Positions 9,986 to 20,861 are shown, numbered from the stretch's first letter. The stretch is 64,000 nt of DNA from Thermoanaerobaculia bacterium (GCA_038245905.1 JBBRRY010000007.1:63398-127397), one strand, 5' to 3'. Made by a program: numbers and translations. The notes: generated from the letters alone by a model not told the origin.

Positions 9986-10998
9986 AGGCGGTTCTCGTGC
10001 GGTCCCTCGACGACATCGCAATCGTGGAGATGGAGGCGCCCCGGCCGGGCCCCGGAGAGATCGTCGTCGCGATGAAGGTCGTGGGCATCTGCGGCAGCGA
10101 TACGACTCCGTGGTACGTGGCGACGAAGGCCCCGGTCGTCCTCGGACACGAACCGTCGGGCGTCGTCGCGGAGACGGGGGCGGGCGTCACGTCGTTTCAC
10201 ACGGGAGATCGCGTCGTCGTCCACCATCACGCCGCGTGCGGCATCTGCCGTTACTGCCGCGCGGGCGAGGACGTCATGTGCGCGGAGTGGAAGAGGACGC
10301 GGCTTCACCCGGGCGGTCTCGCCGAGCGCGTTCGGGTCGAGGCGGCCGCGGTCGCCACGGACACGCTGCGTTTCCAGGACAGCCTTTCCTTCGAGGACGG
10401 CGCTCTCGTCGAGCCGCTCGCTTGCGCCGTGAAAGCGGTGCGCCGCGCACGCGTCGGCGCGGGGGACGCGGTCCTCGTGATCGGGCTCGGGGCGAATGGC
10501 ATCATGCTCGGCCTCGCCGCACGGGACGCGGGCGCGGCGTCTCTCGTCGGGTGCGACCCGGATGCTCAAAGGAGGGCTCACGCTCTTCGGCTGGGCTTCG
10601 ATCAGGTGCTGGCGCCCGAAGAGGACCTCTCTGGGAAAATGAAGAGCTGCGATGGTGCGGGCGCGGACGTCGTCTTCGTGCTGCCGACGGGCGAGGACGC
10701 GGTTCATTCGGCGCTCGCTTCGGCGGGGCCCGCCGGCCGCGTCGTCTTCTACTCGCCCGTGCAGCCTGGCAAGACGTGGATGATCGAAGCGCATCGGCCT
10801 TATCTAAAGGACCTTTCGCTGCACTTCTCCTATTCCTGCGGCGCGGCCGACATGCGAGAGGCGCTTGCGCTCCTGGCGCGCGGCGCGGTCCGGTCCGCCG
10901 ACCTCGTGACGCATCGCGTGCCTTTCGAGAGGGCCGCCGAGGCCTTCGCGCTCGCGCGCCGGGGAGGCGACGTCCTCAAGGTCGTCGTGACGTTCTGA
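9982..10998 (+). CDS. Zn-dependent alcohol/sugar dehydrogenase (MDR family)
   Basis: GICGSD, LGHEPSG, CGICRYC-x7-C, EPLAC, GLGANG; GTGA overlap with upstream gene. Confidence 0.9.
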   Translation: MKAVLVRSLDDIAIVEMEAPRPGPGEIVVAMKVVGICGSDTTPWYVATKAPVVLGHEPSGVVAETGAGVTSFHTGDRVVVHHHAACGICRYCRAGEDVMCAEWKRTRLHPGGLAERVRVEAAAVATDTLRFQDSLSFEDGALVEPLACAVKAVRRARVGAGDAVLVIGLGANGIMLGLAARDAGAASLVGCDPDAQRRAHALRLGFDQVLAPEEDLSGKMKSCDGAGADVVFVLPTGEDAVHSALASAGPAGRVVFYSPVQPGKTWMIEAHRPYLKDLSLHFSYSCGAADMREALALLARGAVRSADLVTHRVPFERAAEAFALARRGGDVLKVVVTF

Positions 10999-11744
10999 AG
11001 AAACGTCTGGACGTCGTTCTCGTGGAGCGCGGGCTCGCCGAGTCGCGAACGCGGGCCGAAGCGCTCATCCTCGCGGGCCGAGTCTCTGTCGCGGGGCGAG
11101 AGCGGGTCAAACCGGGCACGCCGGTCGCGGAGGATGCCGAAATCCAGGTGGGGGAGCCCGAACATCCGTGGGTTTCGCGTGGGGGCGTGAAGCTGGACTT
11201 CGGACTCACACATTTCGGAATCGAGGCGAAGGGGCGGGTGTGTCTCGACGTCGGCGCCTCGACGGGCGGATTCACGGACGTGCTTCTCGCCCGAGGCGCG
11301 TCGCGGGTTTACGCCCTCGATGTTGGCTACGGCCAGCTCCACGCCCGGCTCCGGAGCGATCCGCGCGTCGTGGTGCGCGAGAGGTTGAATGCGCGGTTCC
11401 TGTCGCGCCGCGACGTACCGGAAGAGCCGTCGCTTCTCGTGGCGGACGTGTCGTTCATCTCGCTCACCCTGATTCTTCCGTCGGTCGTGCCGCTTCTCGC
11501 GGAAGGAGCCGACGCTCTATTCCTCGTGAAGCCGCAGTTCGAAGCGGAGCGGCGCGAGGTGGGACGCGGGGGAATCGTGCGCGACGAGGGTGTGCGCGCG
11601 CGCGCGGCGGCCCGCGTGAGTGCGGCAGCCGCGTCGCTCGGCCTTGCGAGCCGCGGGGTGATTCCCTCTCCGATCACGGGGGCGGAGGGAAACGTGGAGC
11701 TCCTCGCCGCGTTCCGCCGGAATCCCGCTACACTTCGGGGGTGA
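10995..11744 (+). CDS. tlyA: TlyA family rRNA (cytidine-2'-O)-methyltransferase
   Basis: S4 domain KKRLDVVLVERGLAESR; VSRGGVKL, LDVGASTGGFTD, DVSFISL, VKPQFE, SPITGAEGNVE; probable CTG start overlapping upstream TGA. Confidence 0.93.
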   Translation: MKKRLDVVLVERGLAESRTRAEALILAGRVSVAGRERVKPGTPVAEDAEIQVGEPEHPWVSRGGVKLDFGLTHFGIEAKGRVCLDVGASTGGFTDVLLARGASRVYALDVGYGQLHARLRSDPRVVVRERLNARFLSRRDVPEEPSLLVADVSFISLTLILPSVVPLLAEGADALFLVKPQFEAERREVGRGGIVRDEGVRARAAARVSAAAASLGLASRGVIPSPITGAEGNVELLAAFRRNPATLRG

Positions 11745-12649
11745 AAGCCGCGAAGCCCGGGGGCCGCCGTGTCCGGCGCGTGGGTCTCGTGACCCGCCAC
11801 CGGAGCACCGCCGCGATCGCCCTCGCGCGCAAGCTCGAGCGCCTCCTCGTGCGGCGGGGAATCACGGTCCTCCACGATCTCGAATCGTCGCGCGCCCGCG
11901 GCGTTTCCGGCGGGGCTCCGCGCGCGCAGATTGCGCGGCTCGTCGATCTCGTCGTGACCCTCGGAGGCGACGGAACGCTTCTCTCGGTGGCCCGCCATCC
12001 GGCCCCCGGCGTTGCGGTGCTTGGGATCGACATCGGCAGACTGGGGTTTCTTACGACCTGCCGGCCGGACGAGGCGGGCCCGGTGCTCGAGGCTGCGCTC
12101 GCGGGGACGGCGCACGTGGAGAAACGCCGTCTGCTGTCGGTCCGTGTGACGGAGGGCGCGCGCGCCCCGCGCGCCTCGCGCCTCTACCGGATCGTGAACG
12201 ACGCTGTCCTCTCCAAGTCGGCGCTCGCGCGCATCGCCACGATCCGCGTCGACGTGAATGACCGTCTCGTGTCGCGGTACCGGGGAGACGGGCTGATCGT
12301 GTCCACGCCGACGGGTTCCACCGCCTATAACCTCTCGGCGGGTGGCCCCATCCTCGAGCCCACGCTGGCGGCGCTCGTCCTCACGCCGATCTGTCCGCAC
12401 ACGCTGACGCTGAGGCCTCTCGTGCTTCCCGATTCGGTCCGGCTCGATCTTTCGGTGGAGGACGATCCGGCGGACGTGTTCCTGACCCTGGACGGACAGG
12501 AAGGGTTTCCAGTGAGCTCCACGACGCGCATCTCGATCGCGCGCTCCTCCGAGACCGTGTCGTTGGTGCGGGCTTCGGAGGCCTCGTTCTTCGAGGTTCT
12601 CGCCGGAAAGCTCTCGTTCGGCGGTGAGCGGGATAGCGCGGCGCGGTAA
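11741..12649 (+). CDS. nadK: NAD(+) kinase
   Basis: LGGDGTLL, GRLGFL, VNDAV, GDGLIVSTPTGSTAYNLSAGGP, TPICPH. Confidence 0.95.
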   Translation: MKAAKPGGRRVRRVGLVTRHRSTAAIALARKLERLLVRRGITVLHDLESSRARGVSGGAPRAQIARLVDLVVTLGGDGTLLSVARHPAPGVAVLGIDIGRLGFLTTCRPDEAGPVLEAALAGTAHVEKRRLLSVRVTEGARAPRASRLYRIVNDAVLSKSALARIATIRVDVNDRLVSRYRGDGLIVSTPTGSTAYNLSAGGPILEPTLAALVLTPICPHTLTLRPLVLPDSVRLDLSVEDDPADVFLTLDGQEGFPVSSTTRISIARSSETVSLVRASEASFFEVLAGKLSFGGERDSAAR

Positions 12650-12656
12650 CGGAGAG

Positions 12657-15600
12657 ATGCACCGCCTTCCGCAGCTCTCCCTCACTCAGGTCCGGCTCTT
12701 CCGTCTCTTCACGCTTCTTCTCGTCTTCTCCCTCCTCGTCCTTTACGGCGTCTTCCGCTCGACGCGCTTCCAGGAGCTTCTACGCCGGAGAACGGAGAGG
12801 TTCCTGACCGCGAAGATCGGGAGAACCGTCACGCTCGGCGGCTTCGACCTCGTGCTCCTCCCGTTTTCCGTGCTCGTCCGCGAGGTTTCCGTGGCCAACG
12901 ACCCGCGCGGCCTCGCGGGCGCCATGTTTTCGGCGTCCGAGATCGAGGTGCGCGGCCTGCCGACGCTTTCGAAGAGCCGCATCGACCTTCGGAAGCTCCG
13001 CGTGGTTTCGCCGCGCGTGGTCATCGAGGCTTTTCCGGACGGCACCACGAACCTGACGGGGCCCCTCAAGGCCGTCGCGGGAGACGCCGGCGGGGGCCTG
13101 GACATCAGGCTTCAGGAAGCGATCGTCCAGAGGGCCTCGCTCCGGTTCCGGGACTGGGAAGCCGAAATCGATGCCCACCTCCAGGACGCCGCGGTTACCG
13201 CCACGTCCGGGCGCAGCCGGACGGTGACGTACCTCGCTCTCGCGTGCCGCAAGGGCCGCTTCAAGCTGGAGAACAACGAAACTCTGGAATTCGCCCTCGG
13301 CGCGGAGGTGACGCTCGCGCCGGGGCGCGTCCACCTGACGGGACTCAGGCTTCGCGGCGAGCGTCTGAAGGTCGAGGCCTCCGGAGGAATCGACGACCTC
13401 CGGAAGCCGGTGTTCGCTCTCGTCGCACGGGCCGAGACGACCGGGGAATCGCTGTCGAGAGTCTTCGGCCTCGGCCTTCCGCTGTCGGGCCGCGTCCGCA
13501 TGCACGGCACGATGCGGTTCGGCGAGCCGGGCGGATTCCGTATTTTCGGTGCGTTCGATCTGCCCGCCGCCGCGTTCGGGCCCTTTCCGATGAACGGCGA
13601 GGGTCTGCTTCGCGTCGATTCGAAGGGGATTCTCGTGAACGTGACGCGCGCAAACTATGCGGGCGGAACGCTGGAGGCCCTGATTCAGCTGGAGCGGATC
13701 AACAATCCTCCGCTTCCCGTGCGCATCGCCCTGCGCGGCCGCGGGATGGACTTCGAGCAGTTCTTCGCCGATCTCGGACTCAAAGGTACGGGACTCGTCG
13801 GAAGGGCGGACCTCGACACGTCCCTCACGTTCGGGCGGGGAGGGATCGAGCACGCGGACGGCATCGGACGAATCCGTGTCACGGCCGACGACGGCAGGCA
13901 TTCGGCGGTACGCGGACGCTTCGCATTGCCGGTTTCCGGTGGCGGCCCTCTCAGGATTCGAGACGGACAGCTTCTCTTTTCCGGTGTCCCGTTCTCGACG
14001 GCCGGGGGTGCACGGATCCGCCTCGACGGCGGCCTCCGGCTCGGGACGTGGGAGCCCGATCTTCAGCTCGACATCGCGGCGGACGATCTCGCCGAGGTCG
14101 AGCGTCTCGCGGACAACTTCTATCCCGCGATCCAGAACGAGCCTCTGACGCCTCCGTTGAAGCTGGGAGGAGCCGGCCGCTTCGTTGCGCATCTGACCCG
14201 CAGCTTCAGCGATCCGCGGGTCGAGGGCCGCCTCACGGCCTCCCAGTTCGTGCTGCGCGGCGTGCGGTTCGGGACGACGTCGGTGGAGTTTCTCGTGGAC
14301 CACAACGTGGCCACGTTCTCCCCGTTCACGGCGAAAGACGGCGACGCCGGGCTCTCACTCACGGGAAAGATCGGCTGGGGCGGGCCCCTCAAGGGAGCGT
14401 ATCGCCTGGACGGCCTCACGGCGGATTTTTCGCGGTGGCCAATCGAGCGCGTGATGGCGTTCCTCGACCTCGACGTTCCGATCACCGGCGCGGTCACGGG
14501 GCGGCTGCCGCTCGATGGGGTGACTCCCGCCGTGTCCGGGCGAGTCCCGCTCGTCCTGACGGACGCGAGCGTCTGGGGACAGAAGCTCGACCGTCTCGAA
14601 GGCGTCGTCGCCTTCGAAAAGGACCGGATCGTGATCGAAGACGCCACGACGCGACTGGCGGCCGGGACGGCGAAAGGGAGCGGATTCTTCCGCTACGCCG
14701 ACCGCGCGTACGCCCTCGATCTCGACGGGAAGGCCTTGCCGGTCGACCGTCTCGACGCGGCGACGGGGCTTGCGCTGACGGGCTCACTCTCGGGGCACAT
14801 CAAGGGCTCAGGAACCGTCGACAAGCCGAACCTCGACGTGGCGGTGCGTATTGCCGATGCGGCGTGGAGCGGCAGTCCGCTTGGGCGCGCCGGGACCGAA
14901 GTCGAATTGAGTGCCAAAGGCGATCATGGCGCCTTTACGTTCTTCGTCCGTGCGCCGGAGGCGGCCGAAATCACACTGGCGCCCGACGGGGCGGAAGGCC
15001 GCTGGCGGGCCCGGCTCGACGTCGCGTCGCTGGCTCCCTTCGCCTCGCTGATCGGCGCTCCCGAGGACGCGGGGCTCGACGGGCGGCTCGTTGCCGAGGC
15101 GTCGCTGACAGCGGGCAAGGATCTCGCGACGTGGCGGGGCGAAGGCGCGGTGTCGATCGCGCGGGTCACGGCGTATGGGCGAACCCTCGACCTCCGGGGA
15201 GCCGCGCCGCTGCGCGTCACGGACGGAAAGCTGTTCCTCGAGCGGCTCACGCTCGCCGAAGCGCTTCGTCCGGAGCTCCCCGCGGGCACGGCGACGGCCT
15301 TCACAATCGCAGGAAGCGGCGGCCTCACGTCTCCCTACGCGCTCGACCTGTCGGTGAGCGGCTCTTTCGACGCGACCCTCCTCAGACCCGCCCTCTCCGG
15401 AATGAATGCGGCCGGGCGCGTCAGCGTCGACCTGAAGATCGGCGGCACGTCCGCGGCGCCCGCATTGACGGGGCGCGCCGCGCTGGATGGGGTCGACCTG
15501 TCGAATCCGGGCGGCATTGCGTTCGAAGCGATCACGGGAACGCTTCTATTTTCGGAGGGCCGGGTCACGTTCGGGGATCTCACTCTTCGCTACAGCGGCG

Positions 15601-16628
15601 GCACGGTGGACGTGGGCGGATTCGTGGCGCTCTCGGGCCTCCGGCCCACGTCTTTCAGGCTGAGCGCGCACGTCGGGCACGTTCGCTATTCGCCGTTCGA
15701 CGGCTTTCGAGGGACGTTCTCGGGAGATCTCGTCTTTCTCGGAGAAACGACCCTGCGCGCCGTTCGAGGCGACCTCGTCTTCGACAGGGCGCTCTACAAC
15801 CGGGACTTCTCTCTGGACATCGCATCGCTTCTCGCGCGCAAGCGAGATGCATCCACGAGCCCGACGTCGTTCGACGCCGTGGCCCTCGACATCCGGCTCG
15901 AGGCGCCGCCGTCCTCGATCGAGGTACGCGCCAACGTGGCCCGCCTCAGGCTCTCGGGTGAGCTCTTCCTCAGGGGCACGGTCGGCCGTCCCCTTTTGTT
16001 CGGAGAGGTCACCGCGGAGGAGGGCGGCCGCCTCACGCTGCAGGGGCAGCGTTACGAGCTCGTTTACGGCAAGATTCTCTTCTCAAATCCGCTCCGAATC
16101 GAGCCGTTCTTCGACATCGAGGCGCGGGGCACGATCAGTCGTTATCAGGTCACGTTCGGCCTGACGGGGACGCCCTCGCGTCTCGCGCCCCGGTTCTCGT
16201 CGGACCCCCAGCTTTCGGAGGCGCAAATTGTCTCTCTCATGGCCACAGGCGACATTCCGCAGAGCGCGGGAGTGGCCGTCGGACCGGCCCCCAGCTCGTC
16301 CGACGAGTCGGTCTCCAAGGCCGCGCGCGAGCTCCTCGCGAGTCTCGCGACGGAAGCCGTCACGAGCCGGACGAAGAACTTCTTCCGGCTGGACCGGTTC
16401 CAGATCGATCCGACGATCACGGGCACGTCGTTCGACGCGCCTCGCGTCACGGTGGGCAAGAGTCTCGGCAACAATTTCACAGCCACCGTCTCCTTCGTTC
16501 TGTCGAGCAACCAGCAGCAGATCATCACGCTCGACTATCAGCTGTCTCCCGCCGCCGTCATCCAGGCCAAGCTCGACGAGACCGGCGTCTACTCTCTCGA
16601 ACTCCGGATCCGGCAGCGGTTGCGATGA
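12657..16628 (+). CDS. tamB: Translocation/assembly module TamB (AsmA-like) protein
   Basis: N-terminal TM anchor, long beta-rich repeats, C-terminal DUF490-like region (LTGTPSRLAPRFSSDPQLSEAQIVSL); directly upstream of an Omp85 gene. Confidence 0.8.
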   Translation: MHRLPQLSLTQVRLFRLFTLLLVFSLLVLYGVFRSTRFQELLRRRTERFLTAKIGRTVTLGGFDLVLLPFSVLVREVSVANDPRGLAGAMFSASEIEVRGLPTLSKSRIDLRKLRVVSPRVVIEAFPDGTTNLTGPLKAVAGDAGGGLDIRLQEAIVQRASLRFRDWEAEIDAHLQDAAVTATSGRSRTVTYLALACRKGRFKLENNETLEFALGAEVTLAPGRVHLTGLRLRGERLKVEASGGIDDLRKPVFALVARAETTGESLSRVFGLGLPLSGRVRMHGTMRFGEPGGFRIFGAFDLPAAAFGPFPMNGEGLLRVDSKGILVNVTRANYAGGTLEALIQLERINNPPLPVRIALRGRGMDFEQFFADLGLKGTGLVGRADLDTSLTFGRGGIEHADGIGRIRVTADDGRHSAVRGRFALPVSGGGPLRIRDGQLLFSGVPFSTAGGARIRLDGGLRLGTWEPDLQLDIAADDLAEVERLADNFYPAIQNEPLTPPLKLGGAGRFVAHLTRSFSDPRVEGRLTASQFVLRGVRFGTTSVEFLVDHNVATFSPFTAKDGDAGLSLTGKIGWGGPLKGAYRLDGLTADFSRWPIERVMAFLDLDVPITGAVTGRLPLDGVTPAVSGRVPLVLTDASVWGQKLDRLEGVVAFEKDRIVIEDATTRLAAGTAKGSGFFRYADRAYALDLDGKALPVDRLDAATGLALTGSLSGHIKGSGTVDKPNLDVAVRIADAAWSGSPLGRAGTEVELSAKGDHGAFTFFVRAPEAAEITLAPDGAEGRWRARLDVASLAPFASLIGAPEDAGLDGRLVAEASLTAGKDLATWRGEGAVSIARVTAYGRTLDLRGAAPLRVTDGKLFLERLTLAEALRPELPAGTATAFTIAGSGGLTSPYALDLSVSGSFDATLLRPALSGMNAAGRVSVDLKIGGTSAAPALTGRAALDGVDLSNPGGIAFEAITGTLLFSEGRVTFGDLTLRYSGGTVDVGGFVALSGLRPTSFRLSAHVGHVRYSPFDGFRGTFSGDLVFLGETTLRAVRGDLVFDRALYNRDFSLDIASLLARKRDASTSPTSFDAVALDIRLEAPPSSIEVRANVARLRLSGELFLRGTVGRPLLFGEVTAEEGGRLTLQGQRYELVYGKILFSNPLRIEPFFDIEARGTISRYQVTFGLTGTPSRLAPRFSSDPQLSEAQIVSLMATGDIPQSAGVAVGPAPSSSDESVSKAARELLASLATEAVTSRTKNFFRLDRFQIDPTITGTSFDAPRVTVGKSLGNNFTATVSFVLSSNQQQIITLDYQLSPAAVIQAKLDETGVYSLELRIRQRLR

Positions 16629-19423
16629 GAATCCTCCCTGCCGCCCTCTTTACCGCCGGCGCGGTGTTGTTCGCGGCGCCCGCGCCGGCGGCGACGTTCT
16701 ACGGGACCGGGATCGCGTCCCTGTCGTTCCGCGGCGACGCGTCTTTGGACACGCACCGGCTCGAGGCGCTCACCGTGCTCAAGCCGGGACGCACCCTCAC
16801 GGACGAGGCCGTGAGGACGAGCCTCCGCAACCTTTTCGCGACGCGGCTTTTCTCCGACCTCGCCGTCGAGGCATCCCCTTCCCCGGCCGGCGCGATCGTC
16901 GTCGTCGTTTTCGCGGCGGCACCCCGGATCGAGCGTCTCGAGATCTCGCCGGGTGTACCGGCCTCCGGCCGCGTTCTCGACGCCGTGGGGCTCGGGGCGG
17001 GTGATCCCTGGCAGAACGACCTCAAACCCCGTTACGAAGATGCGATCCGACGCGTTCTCCGCGACCAGGGATACTTCGATCCGAAGGTCGCGATGGTCGT
17101 CGAGGCAGGGGTCGACGAGACGAGCGTGCGCGTCCGCCTCGATGTGCGGAAGGGCCCGCGCGCGACGGCCGGCCCCCCCCGGTTTTCGTCCGCGCTCACG
17201 CCTCTCGACGAGACGGTCCTTCTCGCAAAGGCGAAGTCGAAGTCCGGGAAGCCGTATCGCGGCGCCGCGGCACGGGAAGACGCCGAGCGCTACGCGGCGG
17301 CCTACCGGCACCTCGGATATTCGCGGGCGGAGGTTCGGCTCGAGGACGAGCGCTACGACGCCGCGTCGACGACGGTCACGCCTTATTACGCGCTCTTTGT
17401 CGGACCGCGGGTCGTCCTCCGGGTCACCGGAGAGAGCGAGAGCGTGGTGCGGAGGCACCCCGATTCGCCGTGGTCGCGCGGAGAGCCTTCCGACGAGGAC
17501 TCGCTTCAGGTTCTGAAGGACGGGCTCCGCCGCACGTATCAGGAAAGTGGCTATGCGCGTGCGAAGGTGGACGTCACGTTCGAGACGACGGCGCACGAAG
17601 AGGTCGTGGCGTTCGCAATCGAAAAAGGGGAACGCTGGACGATCGCCCGGGTGACGGTGGTCGGCGTTCCCAGCCTTCCGAAGAGCGCCGTGTTGGCCGT
17701 GCTTCAGACGCGTGCCCGCGGCCTCCTCGAGAGCGGCCGCTACGTGGACGGAGAGGCCGCCGCGGACCGGGACGCCCTGGAGTCGTTCTACCGTGCGAAC
17801 GGATTCCGCAAGGCCCGCGTCCTGCCGCCCGAGGTAATCGAGGGTGCGTCGCGGGACACTCTGGTCGTCACGTTCCGCGTCGAGGAGGGAATCCGTACGA
17901 TCGTGGGCACGCGGACCGTGGTCGGCGTGAAGAGCGTGCCGGAGGACGTCCTCCTTCCCCGGCTCGCCGTCCGCGCGGGACTTCCGTACTCCGAGTCGAA
18001 CGTGAGCGACGACGCGGCGCTCCTGCAGTCGCTGTACGTGGACCTCGGATACGTGGACGCGAAGGTGGAAGCCACGGCGCGTTTCCAGGACCCCGTGCCG
18101 CCTGAGGGAGAACGGGCCGAGGTGCTCTACACGGTGACGGAAGGGAAGCCCGTCGTCTTCGGCAAGACGATCCTGCGCGGGAATCGGCGCACGCAGCCCT
18201 TCATCGTCGAAGACCGCCTCGCGAATAAGGAGGGCTCGCCGTTCTCGCTCACGAAGCTCCTCGAGACGCAGCAGAGCCTCGCGCGCCTCGGAATCTTCCA
18301 GAAGATCGAGCTCTCGACGCTCCCGACGGATCCCGAGACGCTGTCGCGGGCGGTCCTCGTCACCGTTTCCGAGGCGCGGCCGTGGAGCCTCACGTATGGG
18401 GTCGGTGCCGAGTACGCACCGCAGGCGCCCAGCACCCAGCTTTCCGCACGCCTTTCCCTCGGTGTCTCCTACAACAACCTCTTCGGACGCGCCCTCGAAG
18501 TGAGCGGGGAAGGACGCGTCTCGAACCGGGATCCGCGCATCATCCTGTCGGCGCGCGATCGCTCGCTCTTCGGCGGGAAGATTCCGATCTCCCTGGCCGC
18601 CTACCAGACGAACGATTACTTCTCGGACATCCAGGTCAGGAGGACGGGCGGCTTCCTCCAGGCGGAATATCGGCCTTCGGCCTCGCTCCGGACGGGCCTT
18701 CGCTATCAGTACGAGCTCGTCAGTCCCAGCTCCGATCCCGGGCTCGGAGCGGATCAAAGGCTCAATCAGCCGAGCCGCATCAGCTCGTTTGCCGGAGGCG
18801 TGACCTGGGACCGCCGCAACGACCCCTTGAACCCGAGCGCGGGCACGTTTCTCGCCGCCGACGTCAAGTACGCGTTTCCATTTCTCGCGGCCGATGCGGA
18901 CTTCGTGAAGGTTCTTCTTCAGGCTGCCCTGTATCGTCCCTACGGCGCGACGCGCCTTGTCTTCTCGGTCCGCGGCGGCGTGATCCGGAACACACAGGCG
19001 TGTACCGTCGTGCCATACGACCCCGCTCTCTGCACCCCCAACCTGATCGTCCCCGTGCCGGAACGCCTGTTCGCGGGTGGCTCGTCCACGCACCGCGCCT
19101 TCGCGCGCGACAATCTCGGCATCAAGGGCGAGACGCTGAACGCGGACGGAGTGGGAGTGGGCGGCACGGTGCAGCTCATCGCGAACGCCGAATGGCGCAT
19201 TCCCGTCGCGAGCAGCTTCGAGGTGGCGCTCTTCTTCGACATCGGGAACGTATGGGCCGATCCGAAGAGTGTGGACCTCGGGCTGCTCCGGTCCGGCGCC
19301 GGGGTCGGCCTCCACTATCAAACCCCTGTCGGCCCGATCCGGCTCGAGTACGGCCTGAAGCTGGACCGCTTGCCAGGCGAGGATGCGGGCGCCTTCGCGT
19401 TTTCGGTCGGATATCCCTTCTGA
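16625..19423 (+). CDS. Omp85-family outer membrane protein (TamA/BamA-like) with POTRA repeats
   Basis: Signal peptide, POTRA repeats (LFATRLFSD, YRANGF, YVDLGY), barrel motifs ERLFAGGSSTHRAF, FFDIGNVW, TPVGPIRLEYG, terminal F. Confidence 0.9.
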   Translation: MRILPAALFTAGAVLFAAPAPAATFYGTGIASLSFRGDASLDTHRLEALTVLKPGRTLTDEAVRTSLRNLFATRLFSDLAVEASPSPAGAIVVVVFAAAPRIERLEISPGVPASGRVLDAVGLGAGDPWQNDLKPRYEDAIRRVLRDQGYFDPKVAMVVEAGVDETSVRVRLDVRKGPRATAGPPRFSSALTPLDETVLLAKAKSKSGKPYRGAAAREDAERYAAAYRHLGYSRAEVRLEDERYDAASTTVTPYYALFVGPRVVLRVTGESESVVRRHPDSPWSRGEPSDEDSLQVLKDGLRRTYQESGYARAKVDVTFETTAHEEVVAFAIEKGERWTIARVTVVGVPSLPKSAVLAVLQTRARGLLESGRYVDGEAAADRDALESFYRANGFRKARVLPPEVIEGASRDTLVVTFRVEEGIRTIVGTRTVVGVKSVPEDVLLPRLAVRAGLPYSESNVSDDAALLQSLYVDLGYVDAKVEATARFQDPVPPEGERAEVLYTVTEGKPVVFGKTILRGNRRTQPFIVEDRLANKEGSPFSLTKLLETQQSLARLGIFQKIELSTLPTDPETLSRAVLVTVSEARPWSLTYGVGAEYAPQAPSTQLSARLSLGVSYNNLFGRALEVSGEGRVSNRDPRIILSARDRSLFGGKIPISLAAYQTNDYFSDIQVRRTGGFLQAEYRPSASLRTGLRYQYELVSPSSDPGLGADQRLNQPSRISSFAGGVTWDRRNDPLNPSAGTFLAADVKYAFPFLAADADFVKVLLQAALYRPYGATRLVFSVRGGVIRNTQACTVVPYDPALCTPNLIVPVPERLFAGGSSTHRAFARDNLGIKGETLNADGVGVGGTVQLIANAEWRIPVASSFEVALFFDIGNVWADPKSVDLGLLRSGAGVGLHYQTPVGPIRLEYGLKLDRLPGEDAGAFAFSVGYPF

Positions 19424-19484
19424 GAGCGGCTGGCCGCGGCTTCGGAGGCGCTGGCCGCGGCCCCTGGCGGGCTTACAATGGTTC

Positions 19485-20861
19485 ATGCCCCGCTTCACCG
19501 TGCTCGAGACGTCCGCTCTGTTCTCGAACCGGATCAAGTACGACTACCTGTTCGAGATGGAGATGTGGCTGAAGGGCCTCGAGCGCTTCTTCCAGATCGA
19601 TTGCCTGCCTCTTTCTGCATTCGAACGGTCGCATGCTTCCCTCAAGAATTACGTCGAAGAGGTGGGAGCCGTGCGCGCCGGGCTGGCACACATGGCGATG
19701 CTCGCCACGCAGCTCCTCGGGGAAGGCAAGGAAGATCTCGCGTCATTTCTGCTCTATCTCGACAGCCAGGTCACACGGCCGGGCAGCGGCGAGACGCCGG
19801 CCAGGCGGCGCGGAGGGAATGCCGAGACGGAACTTGCCCTCGTCGTCGAAAAGCTCGACGATTTCGCGAAGATTCTCGACGAGCTTTCGCGGGCTTCCTT
19901 CGTCCCGCTCCAGACGTATCTCTCCTTGGGGCGGATCGTGGTGGGCACGCTTCGGCAGGACCTCAACCTCGGCGTCCTGTTTCGCGAGAACCTGCGCCCC
20001 GTGCTCGACAAGGAGTCGAAGCAGTCGCTCGGCCGCGTGCTCGGAAGCCTGCCAGAGCCCGCACACCGCGGTGCCCTCGCCGCCTTGTTCGTCGCGCTCT
20101 TCAAGGGCCTGCGCTACGCTGAGCAGGCGCGGACGGCGGCCGAGTCGCCCGCGACGCGCAAGCGCGCGCTCTTGATCTTCAGTCTCCTCAAGGGCGAGAG
20201 CGATTCAATCGCCTCCTTCATCTCGAAGCGGCTCGCGCCGCGATTCTCCGAAGGCTCCGTTCAGGCCGAGAGGCTGCGCCGCATCGTGACCGCGCTCGAC
20301 GCCGAGGTCCGGAAAGTCATGGACGTCGAGCTCGTGGACGTCGTCCTCATGAAGGATCCCGCTCTCGTCCTCACCCGTCTCGAGGACGCCGCCGCGCTCC
20401 TCAGGGATCTTCATCAGCAAAGCGTGATTTCGCTCGCGGAGACCTTCTCGTCAGGGCTCGACGAACGCACGCTTTTCCCCGAGTACCGCACGCGGCTCGA
20501 TCAAAGCCTCGTTCTCAGGGACGAGCTGGCGAAGCTCGTGAAGGCGACCCACGAATTCGTCAAGTTGCCTGACAAGAAGGCGCTCCGAAGCCTGGTGGTC
20601 GAGCTCGAGTCCTTCCGGCGCAGCGGCATGCGCCATCTCATGTTCAAGGACTGGTCGCTCTTCGAGCGCTTTCTCGCCGGGTTCTCCCGCGAAAGGCCCC
20701 CGCGCTCGTTCCTGCCGGCCGCTCACCAGTTCGAGGGATTCCTGAAGACGCTCGTGAAAGAGATCGGCAAGAGATCGGTCCTCGCGAATCATCCCTTCAA
20801 GGGCTTCCGCCTCGAGGGCGGAGCACCGGCCGCTGGCCCGGGCGCGTCCCGCTACAATTGA
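19485..20861 (+). CDS. Hypothetical protein, predicted all-alpha and cytoplasmic
   Basis: 458-aa ORF with host-like codon usage; TACAAT -10 box 5 nt before ATG; no motif recognised. Confidence 0.7.
   Translation: MPRFTVLETSALFSNRIKYDYLFEMEMWLKGLERFFQIDCLPLSAFERSHASLKNYVEEVGAVRAGLAHMAMLATQLLGEGKEDLASFLLYLDSQVTRPGSGETPARRRGGNAETELALVVEKLDDFAKILDELSRASFVPLQTYLSLGRIVVGTLRQDLNLGVLFRENLRPVLDKESKQSLGRVLGSLPEPAHRGALAALFVALFKGLRYAEQARTAAESPATRKRALLIFSLLKGESDSIASFISKRLAPRFSEGSVQAERLRRIVTALDAEVRKVMDVELVDVVLMKDPALVLTRLEDAAALLRDLHQQSVISLAETFSSGLDERTLFPEYRTRLDQSLVLRDELAKLVKATHEFVKLPDKKALRSLVVELESFRRSGMRHLMFKDWSLFERFLAGFSRERPPRSFLPAAHQFEGFLKTLVKEIGKRSVLANHPFKGFRLEGGAPAAGPGASRYN

Noticed and set aside
9969-10994. 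Long N-terminal extension of the TlyA ORF in the track (similar extensions on nadK, qor, cyclase, rpsI, rplL, rlpA)
   Set aside because: Arg/Gly-rich off-frame read-through of upstream genes, not true fusions; family N-termini start later
16589-19537. 982-aa ORF antisense to the Omp85 gene (likewise 139-2604, 2686-4227, 20852-23092)
   Set aside because: Antisense shadows spanning well-supported plus-strand genes
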